DNA of 63,955 nucleotides, counting the filler. It is 4 parts of 4 records of this genome, joined end to end, with 100 filler letters (N's around TTAATTAATTAA, not from the genome) between each part and the next. Parts side by side here need not be neighbours in the genome. Positions count along the whole stretch, not along the records: positions 28,774 to 57,449 come from SRR20825010_4271; 3 more parts are not named here. The stretch is one strand, 5' to 3'. A program made the translations under genes and the position numbers. The notes beneath the pieces were generated by a model that had not been told where the DNA came from, made no database searches, and saw nothing but the letters and a program-made list of their open reading frames with translations. This document shows positions 42,138-49,787 of this stretch, piece after piece (positions within the stretch are counted from its first letter, which is position 1; every line of letters begins with the position of its first letter).

Positions 42138-42731
42138 ATGAAATTTTCGATAGAAGAAACCAATAATCTGCTCCGAAACCGCAGATCGATATATCCAGCA
42201 ATGTACTCCGATGTACCCGTGGATGACACCATCATTAAAGAAATGTTGGAGAACGCCAATTGGGCACCCACACATAAACTTACCGAGCCTTGGCGCTTTG
42301 TAGTTTTCAAGGGGGAAGGATTAAAAAAACTCGCTACTTTTCAATCGGAGCTTTATAAAGAACTTTCCACCAAAGCTGGCAATTTTGATGCATCAAAATT
42401 TGAGAAGCTTTCCACCAAACCATTGATGGCATCGCATATTATTGCCATTGGCATGAAGCGCGATCCCAAAGCTTTGGTACCGGAAATTGAGGAGATTTCG
42501 GCTGTGGCCTGTGCGGTACAAAACATGTATTTAACAGCTACCGCGAATGGCATTGGCTGCTATTGGGGCTCGGGCGGAATTACTTATAAAGAAGAAGCCA
42601 AAAGCTATTTTGGCTTGGGTGCCGAAGATAAACTACTTGGGTTTCTCTATGTAGGCAACTTAAAAACAGACAAATGGCCAACAGGAAAGCGTGGCCCAAT
42701 TGAAGAAAAAGTGAGTTGGGTGGAAAGTTAA
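42138..42731 (+). CDS. Nitroreductase family protein (YdjA-like)
   Basis: RRSIY, WAPTH..TEPWRF, AVQNMYL...GIGCYWGSG. Confidence 0.92.
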   Translation: MKFSIEETNNLLRNRRSIYPAMYSDVPVDDTIIKEMLENANWAPTHKLTEPWRFVVFKGEGLKKLATFQSELYKELSTKAGNFDASKFEKLSTKPLMASHIIAIGMKRDPKALVPEIEEISAVACAVQNMYLTATANGIGCYWGSGGITYKEEAKSYFGLGAEDKLLGFLYVGNLKTDKWPTGKRGPIEEKVSWVES

Positions 42732-42740
42732 ATATGTCAA

Positions 42741-42769
42741 CCCTCCAAGGGTTTGAAACCCTTGAAGGG
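42741..42769. repeat. REP-like palindrome / terminator between convergent genes
   Basis: CCCTCCAAGGGTTT-G-AAACCCTTGAAGGG, 14-bp arms with one mismatch, followed by a T-rich tract. Confidence 0.65.
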
Positions 42770-42786
42770 CTCTTTTTCTTCGAAAA

Positions 42787-43479
42787 CTAAAAAATCAACT
42801 GCCACCTAAACGCCCACATCCAGCGCAATTTGAAAAACGGAATTTCGGCTTGCTTCATGATTTTTTCTAACTCTGTTTTTTTGAAGGCCCGTCTTACCGA
42901 AAGTGGGGCATCATTTTTTACCATTTCAGATTTAGAGAAAAATCGAGTTAGCCATTTGATTAAAAACTCAGCCAAGCCATGGCGATGTAAATCATTAATT
43001 ACCGTCCCTTTTTTCGCTTGGGTTTTAAACTGATTGAAAATATTGATGAGTTGTTCATCGGTAAAGTGGTGGGTAAAAAGGGTGCAAAGAATGACATCGA
43101 ATTGCCTTTCTTTAAATGCTTCTGAAAAAATATCACACACTTCGAAACGGATATTCGGGTAGGCTTTACAGTTTTCAATGGCATATTCTATAATGGCAGG
43201 ATTGGCGTCAAAACCTATCAGTTCAACTTCTAGCTTTCTTTGTTTAGCCCATTGCGCAACGAGTTTCAGCATATCACCTCCACCACAGCCCAAGTCGGTA
43301 ATCACAAGTTTCTCCTTCGTTTTTGGCCGAACAAGCTGATCCAAACCATTAATGGTCACAAAGTTTCCACCGAGCCATTTATTGATTGTTTCAAGTTCCT
43401 TAAGGGTTTGCGGAATAATTTCTCCAGAGGCCTCAAGGTCATCCATTAATTCTTCTTCGTATGATCGGTTTTTAAGCAA
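42787..43479 (-). CDS. Class I SAM-dependent methyltransferase of the type found with type III PKSs
   Basis: RSYEEELMDD, DLGCGGGD, LFTHHF, INDLHR, DAPLSVRRAF, WMWAFRW. Confidence 0.9.
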   Translation of the reverse strand: MLKNRSYEEELMDDLEASGEIIPQTLKELETINKWLGGNFVTINGLDQLVRPKTKEKLVITDLGCGGGDMLKLVAQWAKQRKLEVELIGFDANPAIIEYAIENCKAYPNIRFEVCDIFSEAFKERQFDVILCTLFTHHFTDEQLINIFNQFKTQAKKGTVINDLHRHGLAEFLIKWLTRFFSKSEMVKNDAPLSVRRAFKKTELEKIMKQAEIPFFKLRWMWAFRWQLIF

Positions 43480-43482
43480 GGG

Positions 43483-43527
43483 TACTTGATTTTAATAATC
43501 ATTAAACATAATCATTAAAATCAAGTA
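43483..43527. repeat. Perfect 14-bp inverted repeat at the cassette/methyltransferase junction
   Basis: TACTTGATTTTAAT-N17-ATTAAAATCAAGTA, lying 4 nt upstream of the methyltransferase TTG. Confidence 0.75.
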
Positions 43528-43633
43528 GAATGTTCAAATGAGTGTTGAACGGATTCATTCACACTATTTTTTTAGCTTGAAAGGTGGGTTAATTCAGTAC
43601 TTTAAGTTTCTCCTTCAAAGACTATTAGACGAA

Positions 43634-44368
43634 TCACTTACTTATGACAAGGTAATCCAGCTCCTTAGTTCCCTTTTTTAATGCTACACCATAATTTTGC
43701 TGTAAGAAATCACTGAGCTTTTCGCTTGATAGCCCTTTTGGTATACTAAAGGCAAAGACTCCCTCAAATGGTTCTGCAAACACATAATCACTTAAATAGT
43801 GTTTAGCCAATACAAGTCCGAGGTAGTTAATGTCACCAATAATATGTAAGGTTTCTTTGTCCATTGATACACTTTTCACCACACCAACAGGAACATCTAC
43901 GCCAATTAAAGAAGTGATTATACTTTCATTTACGATCGTAATCTCCCACACTTCTGCTGGAACCTTTTCTTCTTTCAATACATACCCCAATTTCTTCATT
44001 ATTTGATTAGAAACACCTAGGCCAATGTCATTCATGTCCGTCACTTCAGAGGTTTCCAATTCTAAAAAATATACGTCCTTAGGGCGAAAAGCCTTAGTCT
44101 TGATAAATTTACCCGGATTTAGTTCAGTTAAAATTTTAGAAATGTCACCTCCTACTTTGAGTAAATTACTTCCTTTACTCATGCTGGTATTCTGAACTCC
44201 TTTTTGATCGAATTTATATAGTTTGAGGTTATAGCCTTCTTCTTTGTGGTTCAGAATTAGGCTCATTTCTGCAACGGGCATCTGGTCTATATCAATGTTT
44301 TGACCTGTGAGCGAATGACATAACAATAAAAGAAGTGTAAATGCCAGAGTTTTTTCAACGTTTTTCAT
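43634..44368 (-). CDS. Secreted hypothetical protein (C-terminus resembles DUF3738-like proteins)
   Basis: Signal peptide; ends LQQNYGVALKKGTKELDYLVIS; 4-nt overlap with the propeller gene. Confidence 0.65.
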   Translation of the reverse strand: MKNVEKTLAFTLLLLLCHSLTGQNIDIDQMPVAEMSLILNHKEEGYNLKLYKFDQKGVQNTSMSKGSNLLKVGGDISKILTELNPGKFIKTKAFRPKDVYFLELETSEVTDMNDIGLGVSNQIMKKLGYVLKEEKVPAEVWEITIVNESIITSLIGVDVPVGVVKSVSMDKETLHIIGDINYLGLVLAKHYLSDYVFAEPFEGVFAFSIPKGLSSEKLSDFLQQNYGVALKKGTKELDYLVISK

Positions 44369-45537
44369 TTCTCTTTGTATAAGATTAATATTGGATTCAA
44401 ATCTTCGTTTAAAACTTGGTGGGCTGTTTTTAAGAAATCAATATCATTCAAACCATTGCTGATTTTTTGCTCTTGCGTTTCAAGCCATTCACTGGTAAGA
44501 ACTGAGACGAAATACCCATTTGAATAGTTATTAGGGGCTACAATATCTATTTTGATTTGGGAGTCTACTATGTTTTTACTCATGAATTTGATTTTGTTAT
44601 CTTTCAAATAAACCCATCGAAAATTCATATCGTGCAGAATTACAAAGGACTGAGACATGGGAGTTAGGAAATTAAAGAATGGACCTAGATGAATTTCTGA
44701 ATTCCTTGACAATAGTTCTTCTGGGGAAGATTGATAATGAGATTTATTTGAGTCATTTGGTATAGAAGGGCGCGATGGGAACTCAATATTAACACCTGTT
44801 AACTTCCCATTTCGCAAAATATAAAGTGAGTCATTTCTAAACCCATTGCTATAAAATAATGATGAGCCATCTCGTCCAAAAGGCCTATCTAATCCAATCA
44901 GGTTTTCGGCTACCCCTGGCTGAGCCCCTACTTCGTAAGGCAAGTAGCCTCCTATTATATTTCCTTCCTTATCAGTGGTGATTATCTCATACTTATCGAT
45001 TCCGTTTAAAAGTGGATTTAACCTGTTGCTCTTATGAAAATAGAACTCTTCATTGTCATATTCAAAGGAAGACCCACCCCTGAACTGCAAAGGTATGTAT
45101 GAGTCAAAAGAGAAATCTTCTAGACTATAGAATAAAAGCCGATCACTTTTGTTATCCAGAATTGCCAGACGGTTGTCCACTAGCTGAAAATCGGCAATTC
45201 TTTGATATTCTGAAGGCCCAAAACCCTGCTCGTTCAATCGTCTGAGAAACTTTCCTTTTTTAGAAAACTCCGTAATTTGATCACCTGACTCAACAAGTAT
45301 GGAGGTGTCCAAAACGACTATTCGGCCTACGTTGTTAATGATACTTTCCTCATGATTTTCTAGCGTTACATAAGTGATATCTTTAAAGAAATTACGCAAT
45401 TCAACACCCTTGAATTCTTTGTAGTCTATAACTAAGCCGTCTGATTTTATTGACTTATCTCCTTCACATGAAGAAGTACCTGATACTACTAAAAGCAGCA
45501 CCAGGTAATAAAATGGTAAAACTTTAAGCTTTTTCAT
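44365..45537 (-). CDS. 6-bladed beta-propeller lipoprotein (Bacteroidetes family)
   Basis: Lipobox TSSC; ITYVTLE, FSKKGKFL..LNEQGFGPSEY..IADF, C-terminal LNPILILYK. Confidence 0.85.
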   Translation of the reverse strand: MKKLKVLPFYYLVLLLVVSGTSSCEGDKSIKSDGLVIDYKEFKGVELRNFFKDITYVTLENHEESIINNVGRIVVLDTSILVESGDQITEFSKKGKFLRRLNEQGFGPSEYQRIADFQLVDNRLAILDNKSDRLLFYSLEDFSFDSYIPLQFRGGSSFEYDNEEFYFHKSNRLNPLLNGIDKYEIITTDKEGNIIGGYLPYEVGAQPGVAENLIGLDRPFGRDGSSLFYSNGFRNDSLYILRNGKLTGVNIEFPSRPSIPNDSNKSHYQSSPEELLSRNSEIHLGPFFNFLTPMSQSFVILHDMNFRWVYLKDNKIKFMSKNIVDSQIKIDIVAPNNYSNGYFVSVLTSEWLETQEQKISNGLNDIDFLKTAHQVLNEDLNPILILYKEK

Positions 45538-45540
45538 AGT

Positions 45541-45795
45541 TTAAAGTACTCCTCCATTTGGGATACAAACCGCGGTGTTTGGCCCACAACATGCATATGT
45601 GTCTCCCGTACAAGTCACACTTGGCCCTGTTTGGTCAATAATGGGAATGCCCAAAATGGTAAGACTCCTTTCAAATTGACATTCCGAGGCACCAGGCCCT
45701 CCTGCCGCACAAGTTTCGTCTGATGCCAATGTAGCGCCACTGAAAGTAAACATAAACATCACGATGAATAAAGCACTAAATATTCTTGCTTTCAT
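45541..45795 (-). CDS. Small secreted six-cysteine peptide
   Basis: Sec signal ending ATLA, then SDETCAAGGPGASECQ...SVTCTGDTYACCGPNTAVCIPNGGVL. Confidence 0.85.
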   Translation of the reverse strand: MKARIFSALFIVMFMFTFSGATLASDETCAAGGPGASECQFERSLTILGIPIIDQTGPSVTCTGDTYACCGPNTAVCIPNGGVL

Positions 45796-45888
45796 AATTA
45801 AATTGTTTTGTTAAAAATTAAACTCATAGCCAATCAATTGTCTAGAATTTTGACCTTGCTACTTATTTATAATATTATGGGCTATCAC

Positions 45889-45903
45889 TGACAAATAATG
45901 ACA
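45889..45903 (-). promoter_or_regulatory. TGTCA-N5-TGTCA direct repeat, candidate operator
   Basis: Direct repeat with a 10-bp period between the HTH gene and the peptide gene, about 94 nt upstream of the peptide ATG. Confidence 0.35.
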
Positions 45904-45932
45904 TAACTGTAATTAAACATTAAATTAATCAC

Positions 45933-46184
45933 TTAATATATCTTTTTTTGTGTGTCAATTGATTTTGTAAACCCAAAAGACCATTCTACTTTGTATTCAT
46001 AACAATAACTATTCGCAAAAATATCGTAATAGACCGGTGCGTCTAGTGCTTTCATCAAATCCATTAAACGATAAAGTTGCCTTTCGCTTATTTTTAATTT
46101 TCTCGCACATTCCTTTGGGCTTCCTGTAGCCTTCAGGCTAATCAACCTGTGCAGGCGCTCTATTCTTTCTATTTGCTTTTCCAT
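45933..46184 (-). CDS. Small stand-alone HTH protein
   Basis: RIERLHRLI..ATGSPKECARKLKISERQLYRLMDLMK...YYD...SYCYE: winged HTH with no effector domain. Confidence 0.85.
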   Translation of the reverse strand: MEKQIERIERLHRLISLKATGSPKECARKLKISERQLYRLMDLMKALDAPVYYDIFANSYCYEYKVEWSFGFTKSIDTQKKIY

Positions 46185-46389
46185 ACTTATCCCGATCTAG
46201 AACAAACACTTACTCAAGTGTAAGTAAATAAAACACAATAAACACAGCTTATTATTGTTTAATTAAGTTAAAAACAAACAAATTAGACAATCAAATTAGC
46301 TTTTTTCATGAAATGAGATAGACAGCAGAACAACCGAAAAGATTTAAGCGCCAATGATGGAATTCGACATTAACTTTACTATTGATGAC

Positions 46390-47478
46390 TTAAACCTCCA
46401 ACACCATCGACTCCAAAGTAAGTCCAGGGCCAAAGGCTATAGAAAGACAATGTTCACCTTTTTGAGGTTCTTCCTCCATCAACTTTTCTAAAACAAAAAT
46501 TAAAGTGGCAGAAGACATGTTACCATAATGCTGAAGCACATCATAGGCATGGCGGTTATCGTTTTTGTCAAGATTCAGTTCTTGCTCAATCGCTTCCAAA
46601 ATTCGTTTCCCCCCAGGGTGAATGGCGTATTGTTGAATGGAGCTTCCACCCATTTTCTTTTTCAATTGGTCAATCATTCCTGCAATCCCCGATTCAATAA
46701 GCGTAGGCACATAGGAAGACAGCTTCATTTCGAAACCGAAATCGCCAATATTCCAGGCCATGTTCTCGCCACCATCGTTGAGGATTTCATTGTGAAAGGC
46801 TACGGGCGAAAGGCCATTTTCACCTTGTTCCGAAGAAGTCATCAATAGCGCAGCGGCACCATCGCTAAAAAGTGCGTTGGCCAATAAATTATCCTCGTCT
46901 GTTTTGTTCTGAAAATGAATGGTGCAAAGCTCTGCCGAAACCACTAAAACTTTAGCATTGGGGTCGGCTTTGCAAAAAGCATCGGCAGTACGAATACCCG
47001 TTATGGCGGCATAACAGCCCATAAAATTGATACAAGTACGTTGAACATCAGGCCTTAATTTTAGCCCGTTAACCAAGTCAATATCCAAACCAGGTGCATA
47101 CATTCCTGTGCAACTTATGGTGATTAAATGGGTGACTTCTTCCAGTTTGATATTTGATTTCTCAATGCAGTTTTTTACTGCCTTCATCGCCAAATCTGGA
47201 GCAGTATTTTTATACAGAAGTGATCGCTGTTGCGTAGTTGGGAAAGGACTGAGGTCTTTACTTTTGGGGTAGAAAGTCCAGCCTTCCATATTCGAACTGC
47301 TGTAATCTGGAATTACAGAATGACGGGTTTTAATGCCGCTGGCCCGGTAAAGTGCTTTCAGTCGGGTTTTATCCTTACCTTCAAACCCATGGGCATTCGC
47401 CATGAACTCGAGAATTTGATTCTGAGGAATTTTATTTTCCGGTACGGCAGTGCCAATGGCTGATATGATTGATTTCAC
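46390..47478 (-). CDS. Type III polyketide synthase
   Basis: Catalytic triad motifs FMGCYAA, AIHPGG, YGNMSS; ELCTIH, LFSDGAAA, AFGPGLT. Confidence 0.96.
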   Translation of the reverse strand: MKSIISAIGTAVPENKIPQNQILEFMANAHGFEGKDKTRLKALYRASGIKTRHSVIPDYSSSNMEGWTFYPKSKDLSPFPTTQQRSLLYKNTAPDLAMKAVKNCIEKSNIKLEEVTHLITISCTGMYAPGLDIDLVNGLKLRPDVQRTCINFMGCYAAITGIRTADAFCKADPNAKVLVVSAELCTIHFQNKTDEDNLLANALFSDGAAALLMTSSEQGENGLSPVAFHNEILNDGGENMAWNIGDFGFEMKLSSYVPTLIESGIAGMIDQLKKKMGGSSIQQYAIHPGGKRILEAIEQELNLDKNDNRHAYDVLQHYGNMSSATLIFVLEKLMEEEPQKGEHCLSIAFGPGLTLESMVLEV

Positions 47479-47528
47479 GTTCTATATTATCCTTTTTTCC
47501 TCTAAATTGTTCAGTATAATTTCTCTAT

Positions 47529-48434
47529 ATGTTTAAAAAGTCGACTTGGCTACATTTAAGAATTCCATTTAGCTACTTCCTTCTCCCTATCTATTTCTTT
47601 GGAATTTCTATTAGTCCTAACCTAAGCGAGCCCAGCTTACTCTGGCTTTTTATCATACTGCATCTTTTTATTTACCCTGCCAGTAATGTCTTCAATAGCT
47701 ATTTTGATAAAGATGAAAAGAGCATTGGCGGTCTAAAAAACCCACCACCAGTTGATAAGAACCTACTGTACATGGCCTGGCTTTTCGATATTATTGGAAT
47801 TTCACTTTCCATTTGGCAGTTCAAAAACAACTGGACTTTGACCTTGATGCTACTTACGTATATTCTGGTATCCAGAGCTTACAGCCATCCTAAAATTCGA
47901 TTAAAAAAATTCGCTTTCTTGAGTTGGTTCATTGCTGGGCTCTTCCAGGGCGCATGGGTGGTTTGGGTCATTTACATTGGTCTCAATAATTTTCAATTTA
48001 GCCACATTCTAAAACCTCATGTATTAATTCCGGGGCTTTTGGCTTCTATAATTCTTTGGGGTGCTTATCCCATGACTCAAATTTATCAGCATGAAGAAGA
48101 CACCAAAAGAGGGGATAAAACCCTAAGTATAAAGTTGGGAATCAAAGGCACCTTCCTGTTCACCGCTGCCTTTTTTGTGATGGCATCGGTGCTCTATTTC
48201 TTTTATTTTGATGCCTATCATCAAACCAAATATGGTTGGACGTTTATTCTAGCAATGATTCCTATTGTTCTCTTTTTTGCGGGCTGGTTTTTAGCGGTGC
48301 TTAAAAACGAGAACAAAGCGAATTATAAAAACACCATGTGGCTCAACTTTATTTCAGCCACTTGTTTGGGTGGGTTTTTCCTTTATTTCTTTCTGAATTC
48401 CACCAATATTTTAACTGCGGTAGGTCAATACTAA
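47529..48434 (+). CDS. UbiA family prenyltransferase
   Basis: Polytopic membrane protein with NSYFDKDE and QIYQHEEDTKRGDKT acidic motifs; divergent from the PKS across 50 nt. Confidence 0.88.
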   Translation: MFKKSTWLHLRIPFSYFLLPIYFFGISISPNLSEPSLLWLFIILHLFIYPASNVFNSYFDKDEKSIGGLKNPPPVDKNLLYMAWLFDIIGISLSIWQFKNNWTLTLMLLTYILVSRAYSHPKIRLKKFAFLSWFIAGLFQGAWVVWVIYIGLNNFQFSHILKPHVLIPGLLASIILWGAYPMTQIYQHEEDTKRGDKTLSIKLGIKGTFLFTAAFFVMASVLYFFYFDAYHQTKYGWTFILAMIPIVLFFAGWFLAVLKNENKANYKNTMWLNFISATCLGGFFLYFFLNSTNILTAVGQY

Positions 48435-48565
48435 AACTCTAAACCCTAATCAATACGGCTGTTGATATATGGCGCGCATTCTTCGATTAACAGAATCCTC
48501 CAAAAGTTCTTATTTAAGCTTTAATCGAATTAATTAGATCAACTTTTGGTGGGTTTACCAACCTA

Positions 48566-49681
48566 TTAAAACGGCTTTCCGTGTGTGTTTTTCATGACCT
48601 TTTTCGCTAGCCAAGGTGAGTTTTTCATTACTGAAAGAGCGGCAATACTGCTCCATTTTGATCCAAAAAAGGATTGAGTTTTTCTTCCTACCCAAAGTCG
48701 TCTTTTAAAAGTCGCATTCCATTTGTCGGTATATACGTTTTCCAATTTTTGACGGTCCAATTGTTCTGAACTAGCGTGCTCAACAATGGTATCAGAGAGG
48801 GTTTTAGCAGAATGAATGGCCATGGCCATTCCATTGCCGCACAATGGCGTGATTAGCCCGGCAGTATCTCCAGACATCAGAATATGGTTTTCGATTAGCC
48901 TTTTGGGACGAAATGAAAAAGCATTAATCACTACTGGCTTTTCGTATACAAACTCAGAATTCTCAAATATGGATTTAAGAAATGGGTTGGCTTTAAGCAC
49001 TTGCGCTTCCATTTCCTCTACAGAACCCGCTTTTTTCAAGTCTTCTCTTCGCCCTAAATAGCAGAGGTTAAATTGATCGTTTTCAATGGCGACAATACCA
49101 CAATAACCGCCTTCAAAATTATGCAAAGCCACCGTGTCATTTGGGAAATTCGTTTTGATATGATGTTTTACACCAATATACGGGGCTTCATGTTTCAAAT
49201 ATTCGCGTTCAAGTTTTTTATCCAACACCCCATTTTTCCCATAAGCGCCAATCACCAAGTCGGCATGATAAACCTCATTGGTAGCGCTTTCTAATTTGAA
49301 TTGATCGTTATCGAATTCAACATCAATGATGGACGTATTCTCAAGAATTTTTGCCCCAGATGTTCTGGCTTGATTCGCTAAAAAATCATCGAGCACAAAG
49401 CGGCTAATACCAAAGCCTCCCAAATCAAGTGGCATCGTTAATTCATCACCATTCAAAGCGCTGATTTGAAACTTATTGATTTGTGGAAACTTATGGTTTT
49501 CAGGTAGAAGTGTCTCCCTTTTCATGAAGTCTAAAACTTCGTTTGAGAGGTATTCGCCACAGACTTTATGGAAGGGATATTGTTTTTTTTCAAAGAGTAA
49601 AACTTCAAAATTCATTCGGGAAAGTCGTACAGCACTCACTAAACCTGCTAAACCGCCACCAATTATTGCTATTTTTTTCAA
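48566..49681 (-). CDS. NAD(P)/FAD-dependent oxidoreductase (geranylgeranyl reductase/FixC-like)
   Basis: IIGGGLAG, KVCGEYLS, GDTAGLITPLCGNGMAMA. Confidence 0.9.
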   Translation of the reverse strand: MKKIAIIGGGLAGLVSAVRLSRMNFEVLLFEKKQYPFHKVCGEYLSNEVLDFMKRETLLPENHKFPQINKFQISALNGDELTMPLDLGGFGISRFVLDDFLANQARTSGAKILENTSIIDVEFDNDQFKLESATNEVYHADLVIGAYGKNGVLDKKLEREYLKHEAPYIGVKHHIKTNFPNDTVALHNFEGGYCGIVAIENDQFNLCYLGRREDLKKAGSVEEMEAQVLKANPFLKSIFENSEFVYEKPVVINAFSFRPKRLIENHILMSGDTAGLITPLCGNGMAMAIHSAKTLSDTIVEHASSEQLDRQKLENVYTDKWNATFKRRLWVGRKTQSFFGSKWSSIAALSVMKNSPWLAKKVMKNTHGKPF

Positions 49682-49787
49682 TTTTACATTCCCCTTTTAT
49701 AATTCCAAAGTGCCTTTCAAGTAATATAGGCTTAATCGTACAACATAAGCAATTAGCTTAAGCGACAATTATTAAACCACTAAAGGA

